A stretch of 64,000 bases of DNA, taken from assembly GCA_028534125.1 (NCBI GenBank), contig CM052817.1:18106001-18170000 (forward strand), written 5' to 3'. A program made the position numbers and the translations under genes. The notes below the pieces were generated by a model, which ran no database searches, had not been told where the DNA came from, and saw only the letters and a list, made by a program, of their open reading frames with translations. This DNA is from Lama glama. Taxonomy: Eukaryota. Below, piece by piece: positions 1 through 13,239 of the stretch; the first letter of the stretch is position 1; every line of letters begins with the position of its first letter.

Positions 1-799
1 TTAGTCACCAAATTCATCGTTTGGGTCAAAAACATTAGGCTGATACCCACCTACCCCGCCAGAAATCCAAGCAAATGTTTTTGAGGGTGGAACCATTTCA
101 CTCGGTTTCGAGATGGACAGAGGCCATCCAGCAAACCCGTATCTAAAGATTCTTAAAACAAAGAACTTCGAAACGTTTCCTCCAAGATCTAGTTTGGCAG
201 ATGCTTTGATGCCTGTGAGCTGAAAGAGTAGGATGGAAACTGCCCAGCACTGCGAGTCAGAATTCTTCAGCTGTGGCTCTAAGTATGTGGTCCCAAGAGA
301 ATTATCAAGTACTCTAAGCCTCAGTTTCCTCTTCCATAAAGTGGGCTTGGCAAGGGATCCACAGGCTATGTGTGTGAACACAAGGGATGCCCATTATGAT
401 TCCTTCTGGGTAGACTTAATTTACATCACCTGGGGAAATTAATTTCAGCCTCCAAGGCTGTACGTAGCTTCAGATGCTTTAAATGGAAGGAGCCCGACCT
501 GTGAACCCTAACTTGGTTTTAAATAGACTCTTTCTGGCAGCTTTTTCAGAAATTCATTATGCAGCAGAGATAAAAAGAAAACACTGAAACATCTTTGGCT
601 GTTCCATATAATCTTGGAGCTGTTGATTTTGTGCTGAAAGATTATCTAATGGAAACCATTTGTCATTCCAAATCATCTCTAGATTAGCCTTTGCTTGGAT
701 GGTAAAATACTTGATGAAATGACATTTAAAACATGTCTTCCCCTCTCACATAATACATTGCTTCCCGAATTCGTGCATGCCCCAGTATAATGTACTACG

Positions 800-1085
800 G
801 TAAAAGAATTAAGAGTGTGAACTCTGGAACTCCATCTTCAAATCCTGCTTTTGCCACTTATTAGCTGTGTGGCCTTGGACAAGTTACTTAACCTCTCTGC
901 GCTTCAGTTTCCTCATTGGTAAATAGGGATAATAAAAAGTACCTACCTTATAGGATTGTAGGGAGAATTTGCTAAATTAACAAATATTAGAGACTTAGAC
1001 AAGTATATGTGCTGTGTTTAGCATTAGACTTTCAAACAGTGGTTGGCAATTAGTACACGCTGAGCAAATATTAGCGTTTACATTA
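800..1085 (+). mobile_element. MIR SINE
   Basis: Core GCTGTGTGGCCTTGGACAAGTTACTTAACCTCTCTGCGCTTCAGTTTCCTCAT. Confidence 0.85.
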
Positions 1086-3537
1086 CTGCTTTAAATGAGA
1101 GAGGCTGTGATGCAGGAGAGTGGGAAGAACTCAGGAAGGAAGATTGGGATAAATCCATTTATTTTATACCCCTTAGTCATTGTATCTACAACCTTTAGCA
1201 AACCAATCATCTTTCCTGAGAGCTACGTTTGCCTGGGCATCCATCCACAGATGCCCAGAACTCAAGACTGGAAGGAAATATAAAGCTCAAATAACAGTTA
1301 ATTAGAAGGAGCTCACTTTGAAAAATATATTTGCTTTTTAACGGAGCTTTAAATGAGCTCATGGGATGTTTGTTATAAAATACTTGCCTGTACCAAATGC
1401 CTTAATGGGAAAAGCCTTATTGCAATTCAGTTGTTTAAATAATATACAGAGCCGGGTCCCTCCTGGGACTCTGTTCCCTTTGTGGGAGTCAAAGATTCTT
1501 TGAATGTCCCTAGGTATTCCAAAGCAATCACAAAATCACATTTCAGAGGTAGAAGGGAATTTAGAAGTCATCTCCTCCTAACCTCTCTTTTTATAGCTGA
1601 AGAAACAAAGGCAACAGGGTTAAAGGATTTGCCTCAGGCAACTCAGCATTCTAGAAGCTCAAGTCAACCCCCACTTTCTTTAACTCTTAGTCCAGCCCCT
1701 TTCTAGTAACCTTTCTGCAATCTTACAGAGGGAGGGAGGGGGAGGGAAAGACCAAGGGGCAGAGGGGAAAGGACGCTGCTACTGGCAGGTGGGAAATGCC
1801 CCAATTTTTTCCCTCTCATGTAGGAAAAAAAAAGGATAAACTGACCACATGCCTGTAGAAACAACTACGATTTAGGAGAGAAAGTGTCAAGGCTAAGGAA
1901 TGAATCACCAAGCACCCAAGGTGAAAGTCTATTAGCAGCAGGTATGCTTCTTAATTATTTATTTTCACTTCATCGGGGCTAAAGCCTGTTGCTATGTTGG
2001 GTCTGCACAGCATTTTGTGATGCCTGTGGACAAAGAGCATGGCTAAGCACCCAGCAGGTGAGGTTTTGCTCTCCCGGAACCATTCTAGCAAACAGTGTAA
2101 CCTGACACAGGTGAGACAGGGCTCCCTGGGTGGGTATAGCTTATCTTTGGCAATTCCTTCTGCACTCCTTCCACACCCATAAAACCATACAGGAACCATC
2201 CAGGAGCTGGGTTCGGGGAACAGGGCATCAGTGATTTGGGCCATTTCATCTCAAGGAAGTTACGGCTTCCCAACCTAGGGTGTCCAAGGGCCACAAAGGA
2301 GATTTCTGTAAGAAGCTGACCCTACCAGAGGAGCACTCAATCTCACGTCTCGAATTTGGTGGGAAGATCACATAGCTGTTTACTCAACTTGTCAGGTACT
2401 TGCAAATCCCCAGGTCTGTTCCTTCTGTGAATAAACAAAGCTTATATGCAAATGATGAACACTCTTGTTTGGCTAGAACTCCTGAGCACTGTGGTGCAAT
2501 ATGCCAGTGGAGACTTCACCGGAGGGTTCCAGGCTCCCATTTTTAATTTGGTGGGTTATCTTTCTGTTTCCTTTAAGTGTATGTGACATTCTATCTCTGC
2601 ATAGGAGATGTTTCTGCAAACCTAACTTCCACTGCATCTTAATGGGTAGACAAAATAATAAGAGATAAGAGATAGATCCTTGTAATTAAGTGTGAGGCCC
2701 TGAAGCAGCTCTCAGAGCTGTGCAGTGTTTGCATATTTCTGGGACATTTATCACCTCTGACCTCTGCAGTTGCCTTCTGTTACAGGGAATTCCCTAACCA
2801 CCAGATTGCAGCTTCTGCAATTCAGAGGCTCAAGAAGGTTTTTGTTTGTACTTCAGTTCATGTAGAACCAGTATCCAAACTCTGGCATCTGAAGACTAAA
2901 TGCCCTTTAAGGCTTTAGTTTTATGAAACAAAGTGACTGCCCATGTGGTGTGATTTTCCCGGAATGCTGGGACTGCCTGATACCCTCCACGTCCCCCTCC
3001 TCAAACTGGCTCATGCCTGGAGTTCTGCTTATAGAGACGCATCTGTTGGTAAAGGAGGAATTTACCTGGACTGTATAGGCAGGCATCAGACCTCTGTGAA
3101 CTCGTGATTATACTCAGAGTTTGAGTATATGTGCATTTGACCATTTTTAGCCTCTGAAAAGAGACTCTTTAGATCTTTACTGGTACCCAAAAGTGTCAGT
3201 AACCCACCAAAAGTCTAAGAATAGTTGCATTTTCTGATAAGATGTTGTTATTTACTACTGAAGGTGCACAAAAACACAGAAACACATGGCCATAAAAGTT
3301 GTCTGTCACAGAGAGGGCCAACTGGAGGCTTTGCCTAAGACATTTTCTAGAAAAACAAACAATAATTTTATTAGCTTTTTTCCTATTCTTTATTCAAAAC
3401 AAAATGTCTGTACTTTTGAGAGAGATTATCACAACACAGACAGATGCTATCTTTCTATTTTCCTTTCAAAAGTAAGGCCTGATTATGGGACCTATGGGGA
3501 TTCTGAAAATAACTCTGGAAAATGTTATCTCTTACAG

Positions 3538-3949
3538 CAGAGGTGGTCAAACTTACTCAGTAAAGAGTCAGATAGTAAATATTTCTGACTTTTTGGGCCC
3601 CGTGTTCTCTGCTGCAGCCATACAACTCTGCTGTTGTGTGGAAAGCAGCCATAGAGAATATGTAAACAACTGGGAGTGCTGGTGTTTCAATAAAACTATA
3701 TTTATAAAAAAAAAGTGGCAAGCCAAGGGTGGAGGATATGGCTCAAGTTGTAGAGCACATGCTTAGCATGCACAAGGTCCTGGGTTCAATTCCCAGTACC
3801 TCCCCTAAAAAAATAAATAAATGAATAAACCTAATTACCTACCCCCTCAAAAAAAAAAAGAAAAAGAGAGAGAGAGAGAATGTTTAAAGCAAACAAACAA
3901 AAAAAAAGTGAGCCAGATTTGGTCCATGGCAGCAATTTGCTGAACCTTG
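3538..3949 (+). mobile_element. MER58A-like hAT-Charlie element, interrupted by a SINE
   Basis: GTAAAGAGTCAGATAGTAAATATTT...AAAGCAGCCATAGAGAATATGTAAAC...AATAAAACTATATTTA, resuming GCCAGATTTGG...TTTGCTGAACCTTG after the SINE. Confidence 0.8.
3728..3907 (+). mobile_element. Camelid tRNA-Ala-derived SINE (vic-1 type), long form
   Basis: GGCTCAAGTTGTAGAGCACATGCTTAGCATGCACAAGGTCCTGGGTTCAATTCCCAGTACCTCC, then AATAAA/CCTAATTACCT tail and an A-rich end; AAAAAAAGTG on both flanks. Confidence 0.85.
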
Positions 3950-4184
3950 CCTTAAAGGTTTAAAGATGCTACTGAATGAAAATAATAAGGTTCCCATATC
4001 TGCCAGGTTTATGATACATACCAATTTCAAGCTACTTTGCAAAAACAAAATGCTTAATCATATTATTCCATTGGTTTGTGTTAGAATTGTGTTAGAATAA
4101 AAGTAATTTCAGTAAGTATTTCTACATGCTGGGCAAGCTATGAGTGATATTAAATACCTAATAATTAAAATCAAGAACTCCACA

Positions 4185-5250
4185 TGTCACCATCGACAGA
4201 ACAAAGAGACAACCTTCTGAATTAAAGAGAATATTTGCAAGTGACATGATCAATAAGGGGTTAATATCCAACATAAATAAACAGCTCATACAATTCAGTA
4301 TCAGAAAAACAAACAACCTAAATAAAAATGGGCAGAAGACCTGAATAGACATTTTTCCAAAGAAGACATACAGATGACCAATAGACACAGGAAAAGATGC
4401 TCAACATTGGTAACCATCAGAGAAATGCAAATCAAAACCACAATGAGATATCACCTCACACCTGTTAGAATGGCTATTATCAAAAAGAACGTGAATAATA
4501 AATGTTGGTGAGGATGTGGAGAAAAAGGAACTCTTAGACACTATTGGTGAGAATGTAAATTTGTACAGCCACTATGGAAAACAGTACGGAGGTTTCTCAA
4601 AAACTAAAAATAGAATGACCATATGATACAGTAATTCTACTCCTGAGTATATATCCACAAAAAATGAAAGCACTAATTCGAGAAGACACATGAACCCCTA
4701 TGTTCATCACAGTATTATTTACACTTGTCAAGATATGGAAGCAACCTACATGTCCATCAACAGAAGAATAGAGCAAGAAGATGTGGTATATATACACAAT
4801 GGAATATTACTCAGTCACAAAAAAGAATGAACTTTTGCAATTTGCAACAACATGGATGGACCTGGAGGGCATTATGCTACGTGAATAAGTCAGAAAGAGA
4901 AAGGCAAATACTGTATGATATCACTTATAAGTGGAATCTAAAAAATAAAACAAATGAATAAATATAACAAAAGAGAAACAGACTCACAGATATAGAGAGC
5001 AAACCAGTGGTTACCAGAGGGAAGCGGGGAGAGGCAATATAGAGGTAGGGGACTAAGAGATACAAACTACTATGCATAAAATAAATAAGCAACAAGGATA
5101 TATAGTACAGCACAGGGGAGATAGCTGATATTTGGTAATAGCTTTAAATGGAATATAATCTATAAAAATACTGAATGTTGGACACCTGAAACTAACGTAG
5201 TATTGTAAATAAACTATACTTCAATAAAAGTTAAATTAAATTAAATCAAT
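4185..5250 (+). mobile_element. 5'-truncated L1 (ORF2 C-terminus plus 3'UTR)
   Basis: GAAATGCAAATCAAAACCACAATGAGATATCACCTCACACCTGT; ends CTATACTTCAATAAAA. Confidence 0.92.
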
Positions 5251-6159
5251 AAAAGACATAGCTTGAAAAAAAAGAAAAACTTCCCCATGTCAGATTTTTC
5301 CAGGGCATGAGACAAAAATAAAACTAGCTTCTTTAAACCATGATTTGTCTTTCCATGCAACTCAGGGAGACCAGGTTTTTGGCAAACGGCTACAGTAAAA
5401 TAATCCTTCTACCCTAAGACCTTCACTCTGGATGGGAAATCTCCCCCTGATCCTCCACAGGTAGACTTCTGTTTTTTCTAGAAACCTGATATCCTTTAGA
5501 ATCACAGGCTTCTGGTAGGACAAACACAAGCAGGTAGTGTCTGCCAGGCTTCAAGCTGCTGCTTGTCCAACTGGGGAGAAAGGAAATCTTTGTGATGCTC
5601 CCAGAGTCCATAGCTCCTTTCATATCCAAGGCAAATGGTAGAAGCTCTGGTCCTCCTTTTCCTTTCCACTTTCAAAATAATGAGTCATTTTATCGTCCTG
5701 TTTAATATTTCGTTTTGCATGCTGTCTGGTTAGAACCTTTCGTATCTGCACAGTATCAGAGAGTGAGGTTTGAACAAATGAACTAAGAGGAAAAGAGAAA
5801 GGTCTGGGATGGGCACCAGATGAGCCAGAGGTGACTTGATCAAAAGCCGATCAAAGAGCCCATCAAAACTGAAATCATTCCTCTAGACAACACACCCCCC
5901 TCAGACTCAGTGTGTGCTACTTGCCTACAGGAAAAACAGTCAAAATGTAAGTAAGCTCTGCCCACTGTCCACAAGGAGCTTAAGTAAGAGGTGCCGGCAC
6001 ACACAGCGACAAGCAAAGAGAGGCTTTACATTGCCCAATAACAGAAGATTTAAGTTGGCAGAGGTCGTTGGACTTCACAGATGCCAAGGTAGGCGGGGCA
6101 CAGCAGGGAAGTCAGGGGTGCAATGCAGGTGCAAGAGTCAGTAGGAAGGAAAGACGTTC

Positions 6160-6435
6160 TTTTTTCTTTTTTTAAGTCAGATTTATTGAAGCATAGTTAC
6201 AAGCAGTTAACTCACCCTTTTAAGTGTATAGCTGTATGTGTTTTGACCGACACATGCAATCATGAGACAGTATTTCCATTATCACAAAAAGTTCCCTTGT
6301 GCCCGTGTGTAGTCAACTCTTCTGGCCACTCCCAGACCTTCCTAACCCCTGATTTGACTTCTGTGTCTATATATATTTGATTTCTGTCTTTGCCTTTTCC
6401 AGAATGTCAGATAAATGAAATCACACAGTGGGTAG
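6160..6435 (-). mobile_element. Old L1M 3'UTR fragment
   Basis: T-rich start, TTTATTGAAGCATAG...CACCCTTTTAAGTGTA...TTTTCCAGAATGTC...ATGAAATCA. Confidence 0.7.
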
Positions 6436-6589
6436 TAGAAAAACTGAGAAATCTCAAGCAACGAGGAGCTTTTTAGAGATTAAATGTCTCTAAAGCATCT
6501 TAAGACAGATGGGGCAGTCAGAAAAGGTAGCCTGTGTTATAAAAACTGCCATAGATAAGAGATCTTCTGGGGGTACGTATTTCTACATA

Positions 6590-7170
6590 TGCTTCCTAAA
6601 ATGAATACCTGATCGTACCACATCCCTGCTGGAAACCTTTCCCATTGTCTTTAGGATGAAATCCAAATTCATTCATGTGGGTTGCCAGACCTTGTTTGAT
6701 GTGACATCTCTTGTTTCCTCCAGCCCCCGTCTCTCCCCATTCTCCTCTTTTCCATTCTCCACTTCGAAATCTCCACACTGGCCACTCTGCACACACCCTT
6801 CCACACAGCATGCACTCTCTCTCACCTCTGGGACTTTGAACGTGGGTTTCTTTCTATCAAGTGCATTTTCCCCTGACCCCCACCTCTTTGGCTTCAGACT
6901 ATGGCTTCCCCTGGAAGCACTTCCTGACCCTCCCGGTTTGCTTTAACCACCATGCATTTGTGGGCTCCGACACATGTACCCCCCATCTCAGTGCTTATCA
7001 GACTACCTCGTCATGGCATGTTTGATTGTGTGTCTTCCCAGTGAGACTTCAAACTCCATGAAGCTCCAGGGAACTGAAGCCCAGTCTGTCTTACTCATGG
7101 TTGTCTTTTTAGTACCCAGCACAGAGCCTGGCACAGAGTGGTTTCTCAATATATATTCGACAAACAAAAT
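6590..7170 (+). mobile_element. L2 LINE 3' portion
   Basis: Ends CCCAGCACAGAGCCTGGCACAGAGTGGTTTCTCAATATATATT, resembling the L2 3' terminus. Confidence 0.75.
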
Positions 7171-7260
7171 TTAGACAAAATTCAGAAGAGGGAGCGTTGC
7201 TTTTAGCTAAGGGTGAAGAGGGGCAGGAAAATGAGGAATCAAGAACTATGCTGTGGGAGT

Positions 7261-7376
7261 GGGGAGGGAAATAGCTCAGTGGTAGAGCACATGCTTAGCA
7301 TCCACAAGGTCCTGGGTTCAATCCCGAGTACCTCTGGTAAAAAAAAAAAAAAAAAAAAAAACAACAAAAAAAAAAC
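7261..7376 (+). mobile_element. Camelid tRNA-Ala-derived SINE, short form (head plus poly-A)
   Basis: GGGGAGGGAAATAGCTCAGTGGTAGAGCACATGCTTAGCATCCACAAGGTCCTGGGTTCAATCCCGAGTACCTC followed by a long A run. Confidence 0.85.
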
Positions 7377-7494
7377 ACTACGTTAGGAAATACATGGCAT
7401 TTGTATTTTGTTTGTTTGTTTGTTTGTTTTATAAAAATATAGTTGTGACAAGAAATATATGGCATTTGAATGGGGCTCTCGTCCAGCTATTTAC

Positions 7495-7972
7495 CTGTTG
7501 TCTCGTGGCCCCAACTGGCCTTCTGTATTCTGCTTTTAAGGTAGATAAAGCCAAGTGTCTGAGAACTACATTTCCCAGACTCTCTTTTGAGCTGGGCCTG
7601 AGGGAAATCCAAAGGCAGCAGTGAAAGAAGAGCCTTTCTCTGGCTCTGAGAGTGAGGTGGTTGTCGGAGCCCCAGAGCAGGCGGGGAGTCCAGGCTGTAG
7701 CAGCCTGGGCGGAGGCAGCATCACTTCAGCAGTTCCAGCTGGTCCAGGCAGTGCCCCTGCGGCACAGCCAAAACAGACAAGCAGCTCAGCGGCAGGTGTG
7801 GACGGAGGGGCTTCAGACCAAGGGTGCTGAGCTGCAGCTTCTCTTTTACTCCTTCAGCTTTGTGCTCTTCCAACACTTCCAGTATCTTTGAAACCAATTC
7901 CCCGTATTAAGTTCCCTGTGTTTGAAATACCTAGAGTGGTCTCTATTCCTCTGCCTAGACCCAGACCAATAG
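7495..7972 (+). mobile_element. ERVL-class solo LTR (LTR33-like)
   Basis: AACTACATTTCCCAGACTC motif and 3' end TTAAGTTCCCTGTGTTTGAAATACCTAGAGTGGTCTCTATTCCTCTGCCTAGACCCAGACCAATA. Confidence 0.7.
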
Positions 7973-7999
7973 TGCCTTGAAATCAGGTTAGGGGGTGAA

Positions 8000-9015
8000 G
8001 ACAGAAAGGCATTCTGTTGGGAGAGACTGCCATTAGCAAAAGTCCAGAGTTGGAAGAGCCTGGCGGCTTTTTTGCAGAGCAGAAGATAGTCCACTCTGGC
8101 TGGGGTGTAGTGACTGAATAGGAGAGTGGCAAGGAGAAAAGCCACAGAGGGATAAAGGGCCCATGCAGTGGAGGAACTCAAACACTGGGTAGAAAAGTCT
8201 GCACTGGTTTTGGTGAACAGGGAGATTCACTGCGGCCTTGAGCCAAGCGCTCTGACTGGAGCCGGGCAGGAGAACATGTTCTGCTTAGCGCTGGGTGGGG
8301 TGAGCTGGAAAGAAGGGCAGGATGCAAAAACTGGCAGAAATAGCCTATTTAGAGACTGTGGGACTTGGTTGGAGGAGAGGAATGAGAGAGGACACAGCAA
8401 AGATAGCATACAGCACCCCACAAAAGTGGGGGCATTCAGAGAGTCAGGAGGCCAGAATTAAAGTGACTTGGAAGCTGTGGAAGGCAGAAAATAACAACAG
8501 GCATCTGTACGGGACTTTGAGTTTTCCCCTGTGATCTCAACTGATTTCAATTCCAATTTCCTAGCGCTTCTAACAGGCTGCTCACTGCCATTCGTCTACA
8601 ACTTGACAAAGAGTCTAGGTTACAGAACATGATTTGGTAGTCATCTGCCCAGAAGAGAGAACCAAAGACATAGTGCTGGATGAGATGACCAAGGGTGAGA
8701 GTAGAGAAGCCAGACCCACAAGGATGCACGTAGGCAGGTGGGTGGGAGGTGAGACAGAGGAGGTGGAGAAGTAGCGGGAACGTGGGTGGCAGGAGGACCA
8801 GGACAGTCCTGGGCCACAGAAGTCAAGGGAGAAGAAAACCTGATAAAAAGTGAGACTTGCCAAGACTGTCACCTCACGCAAAGTGTTAAAAAGAGTAAAG
8901 ATTGAGGAAAAAATCCATGGGGTTTGCAGATATCAGTTCCAATTTTGTAGCAGGCACACAATCTAGATTTCTAAGGGTGAGAGTGGTTGAATAATGAGGA
9001 AATAAGACAGTGAGA
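8000..9015 (-). mobile_element. Degenerate L2 fragments
   Basis: Purine-rich L2-like segments, e.g. GGATGAGATGACCAAGGGTGAGAGTAGAGAAG. Confidence 0.5.
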
Positions 9016-10684
9016 ATAACCCATTTTACTATCCTCTAGGCCTCTTTTGCATCTAGTTTCTCTGCCTACCACAAAGCCCTTCCCTTCCCACACCCTCAGC
9101 GCCTCACCCACCAGCTCCCTATACCGCCTTCATCCGAGTCTAGAATGGGCCAACTGCTGCGATTATGCTACAGAGCCAGCTCGCTGTCTTGCTTATTGTG
9201 GAGGACAAAGTTATTTATTAGCATCAAAGAATGGTGCTTAATGTTGTAAATTAATGGCCCTTAAAGTTATGCTGAGGGGTTTTTCTTAAAGACTTCTAGC
9301 AATTTATTAAATAAAGGCTAGTTGCCTTCCATAACTTCATTAAAAAAAAAGAATTAGAGTTTTCCCCTCCCCCAGCCTTCTTTTTAAAAAATAAAGTGTA
9401 ACTTGTCTCATGTACTTGACATCCGCTCAAAGTCACAAAATCTCACCGACTCACACCATTAAGCGTTGAAAGCTGCAGACCTCACTTTCCCTGGTGAACT
9501 CCACAGACTGCACTGAACAGCTGGTGAGAGGAGGCCACAGAGGGAGTGAGCCGGCTTCCTGTACTTAGACAGGCGGAAGCCAAGGTTAAGATCTGATTAC
9601 TCTGCAAGGATTCCAGGACTTGTCTTAAATCACCTTGCAGAATTCTGTTAGCCAATCAGAGCACTTTCAGTAGCACCAAGCAAGAACCGGTCAGCCCTCA
9701 CAACTCCGGGAAGTTCCACTTTGGGGGTAGGGTATATTAGCCCAAGAAAGACCTTTCATAAAATGCAGAACCTACTAAATTCAAACCTACTGTGTTCATG
9801 ATAAAATACTAGCCTCTAATTCACATTCTGTGTGGAAAAATAAGCCTGCAAAACATCCAAACAATGGTGCAGTAGGTGGAAACAGATGCCGTTTGTTTTA
9901 AAATAAATAAAATCATTTATTTTAAGACTAGTTTATTTAACACTTGAAACGGAGAAGATTGCTTATTCCACACAACAGCTTAGGTTCTGAGTAGTTTACC
10001 TGTTATTTAAAAAAAATACAGGGCTATCAAATAGTTTTCTAGACTTTTTAAAGCAGCACCTAAATGTTTAACTCTGTGTGGTTCTGAAATGTTAAAAAAA
10101 AATTAAAGATTTTCCCTGAAGTTTCCCATAGAACACTATGGTGTTATAGGATAAAATGTTTTAAAATGGCCTTTTAAAAAACCTCTGAATTAGTCTCAAA
10201 CAGCCTAATTTTATTTTTCTAAATGCCAATTCTAAGCCATAAACACTCATGATTGGTGTCTTTGAATATGACACGAGCAAGGAGAAGTAAATCTCGGTTA
10301 ATTTCCACTGCTGGTCTTGAACTGATTTTTTTTTCCTAAAGCGTGAAATTTCAAACGGAGATCTTGCTTTATGTCATGTTGCTTTCCTTCTTGATTTAGT
10401 TATAGTGAGCGTGTGGGAAGGAGGATGAGGGAGGAATAGGGATAGCTGGGTGGGTTCAAACTACTTTTCCATCACCCTCCTTTATGATTTAAAAAAAAAT
10501 GCTTGAAAACTTAGTATCTCCCCTTGCTGCTTCAACTTCATCACCTCCCATTCACTTCACAACCCACTGCCATCTGGATCCCATCCCATCCCTCCATTCA
10601 GACTGTTCTGATGAAGATGTTACTTGCGAATCCAGTGACCTATTTTTAGGCCCCCTCCTACCTGACCTTTCTGCAGCATTGCAC

Positions 10685-10975
10685 AGCCTGTGCAGACCCA
10701 ACTTAGTGATCCAGGCGCCCACGGTAAGCAGCAGCTTGGGCGAAGCTGGGTCCCGCAGGGCTGCACATGCAGAAGCTGAGTGAGTCATGGGAAGCTGGTT
10801 GTGCAGCAGGAATGTCCCCCTTCAAGGGAGAAGCTGCTGCTCGTCTCTGGTTGATTTTGGCCAAGGCAGAGAGTAGACATGGTGTCGTTAAATCTCTCTC
10901 TTTTTTATTTTATGGAAGAAAAGCTTGTTTTGTTATGAGAATGTTTCCCATTTTCAAATGCTTGTAGAACAAGTA
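10685..10975. mobile_element. MER102-like hAT fragment inside an L2 remnant
   Basis: GTTAAATCTCTCTCTTTTTT...GAAGAAAAGC...TTATGAGAATGTTTCCCATTTTCAAATGCTTG resembles MER102; flanks are L2-like. Confidence 0.45.
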
Positions 10976-11184
10976 AATGTATCTGTAGACCTCCCAGGAG
11001 AAATCTCTGCTGGAGATGGTCCTTCCTTTCTCTTGGCTCCTGTGCTTACCTCTCTCTCCCCGTTCATCTCTGCCTTGTTTTCCCTCTATTTTTTTTTTTC
11101 CATCTCTCTCTCTCATGTTGGGGCTCCCCAGTCTTCCTTCTTGGCCTTCTATTTTCTTATTCTCTTGGGCAATGTCATAAGCCT

Positions 11185-12273
11185 ATGGCTGATTCTGAGT
11201 GTTTTCAATCAGTATAATTGCAAAGGGTCCCCACACTTGGGGTTTCATGCCATGCAGCTGCTGTCTTTACATTCTTCTGATGTCTTTGAACTTGTGTTTT
11301 GCAAGTGAAGTCTGATAGGACAACAGGAGTATGTGCTGAGGGCTTGGCATCTCAGGTTAAGTTCAGTCTTTTCTCCTCTGCCTCCCTGGGAAGGGCTCTT
11401 GGCCACGCGGCTCTCTGACCCTTGCACCTTGGGTCCTGCTTGCTCTCCCCTTACTCCCCGCTCCCCAGACTGCTCCTGGTCTCCACACTGGCAGGGATCT
11501 GAGCACAGGAGCAAGGAGGGTGGAGATCACAACCAGTGGCGTCTCAGGTCAGGCAGTGGAGGCTGTTCCCACTCCAGGCTGGCAACACTGCAGCTCAAAT
11601 TCAGTGGGTGATTGGCTGACCTCTCACCATCCTTGATCCAAATACCCAGCACATCCTTGCACAGAGGTTGAACTATCTGCTTAGGGTCACCTATCTGCTA
11701 TGGGTTGGGACAGCTGGCCTGTGGAAACATGGCAGCCATCAGGTTCAAGGACATGCAGACCTTGCCAGACCCAAGGAGGAATCCTGGGCACCTCCAAGGC
11801 TCTGAACTCACCCTGCAAGTATCCCCACATCCTTTGGGCCCACACTGTGCCTGGGGGAACATTTTCTTCCTCCTCACTTCCCTGAACCTGGCTAGTGTTC
11901 ATTTCTTTTGGTCAGCTTGGGGCACCCTCCAGGGTCCAGCCAGAAATAGGGATTGCATAATTTCAGTGACTCCACACACGTAGAACAGTTAACCGTTCTG
12001 ATATCTACATTTAGAACCAGCATTGCACAATATAAAGATGAATGGTAAAATTCATGCCAGTGATTTACAATTTTTATTTATTTAGAGGAACATTAAATAG
12101 CAAATGAAAAACCACCATGACATGTTGAGAGACTGTGGAAGAAAGGAAAATGCTTTGTATTTTAATACCTTAGTATATTTGATAACTTCGGTGCCATCTT
12201 TTTCCTGCTTTGTGAACAAGGGGGCCCACATTTCCATTTTCACCAGGCCCCCCAATTTGTGTCCCTGGTCATG
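11185..12273 (+). mobile_element. MER45B-like hAT-Tip100 element, near full length
   Basis: 5' part TCTTTGAACTTGTGTTTTGCAAGTGAAGTCTGATAGGACAA; 3' part GAACAAGGGGGCCCACATTTCCATTTTCACCAGGCCCCCCAATT. Confidence 0.75.
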
Positions 12274-13239
12274 GCCAGGCCTGCATTTGCTGACAGCTCC
12301 TACCATTCATCTTCAGCCTGGACCACGCTCCACCCCAATCGCAGACCCACATTTCTGACGGCGCACTGGGCCAGTGCCCCTGGAGGTTTTGCAGGCAACT
12401 CAACTCAACATATTCTCGTCTGATCTCATCCCCCTAAACGGCTTCTCCCCATATATTTCCTTTTTCTGTTAATGGAATATCATCTACTCACTCTCTTGTA
12501 ACAGAGTGGGTAATAAAATTGTTAAATGATTGAATGAAACCTTAGAAATGTTTTCAATTCTTTCCTTTCTCTCGATATCCAATATCCAATTGGTCATCAG
12601 GTTCTATCTGTTCTACCAATCATCCCAGGCCCGCTCACGTCTCCACGTCCACACATGGTACATGGGCCTGCAATCCCTCTTGAATGCCCCTTCAAACCCC
12701 AGGTCCCATATTACCTTCTCCAAGAAGCCTTTCTGTAATTGCCCAGGAATAATTAGTCATTCCTTTTTCTATGACCCTATAGTCTGCTTTTATATCTATT
12801 ATGCTGTATTGTGATTATTCATTTATATGTCTGTCTCCCTTACTAGACTGTGAGCAAATCAAGAGCAGGGTATATGTATTTATCTATTTTTTTATGTCTT
12901 GCATAAAATGTTGGAGACTCTCAGTAAATGATTAGATGGTGCAGGGTAAAATAAGACAGAATTTATGGGCACCAGAAAAAGCAGAATCTTGTATGGAGCA
13001 GCCTCTTTTCTGGGGATACCTGGGCCCAGGGGGACAGAAAATGGAGGCAGACCCCATATCTCTGTGGCTAGAGGCTCATTTCAAGCACAGACAGCTCATG
13101 AAGAAGAAAAACAGAAAGAGAAGCAGAAAAAAATATTATTTGCCACTTGCAAAAACATTATATAATGGAAATAATGAGTAATGCAATAATTACTGAATTA
13201 AAAATTTTTTGGAAAGCATTAACATGATAATTTTTATTT

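Noticed and set aside
1..381. 126-aa minus-strand ORF
   Set aside because: No recognisable homology, and it starts within a MIR-like fragment.
7261..7335. tRNA-Ala(AGC)-like genes here and at 3728, 19077 and 43975
   Set aside because: Mismatched stems, A-rich tails and flanking duplications identify them as SINE heads, not tRNA genes.
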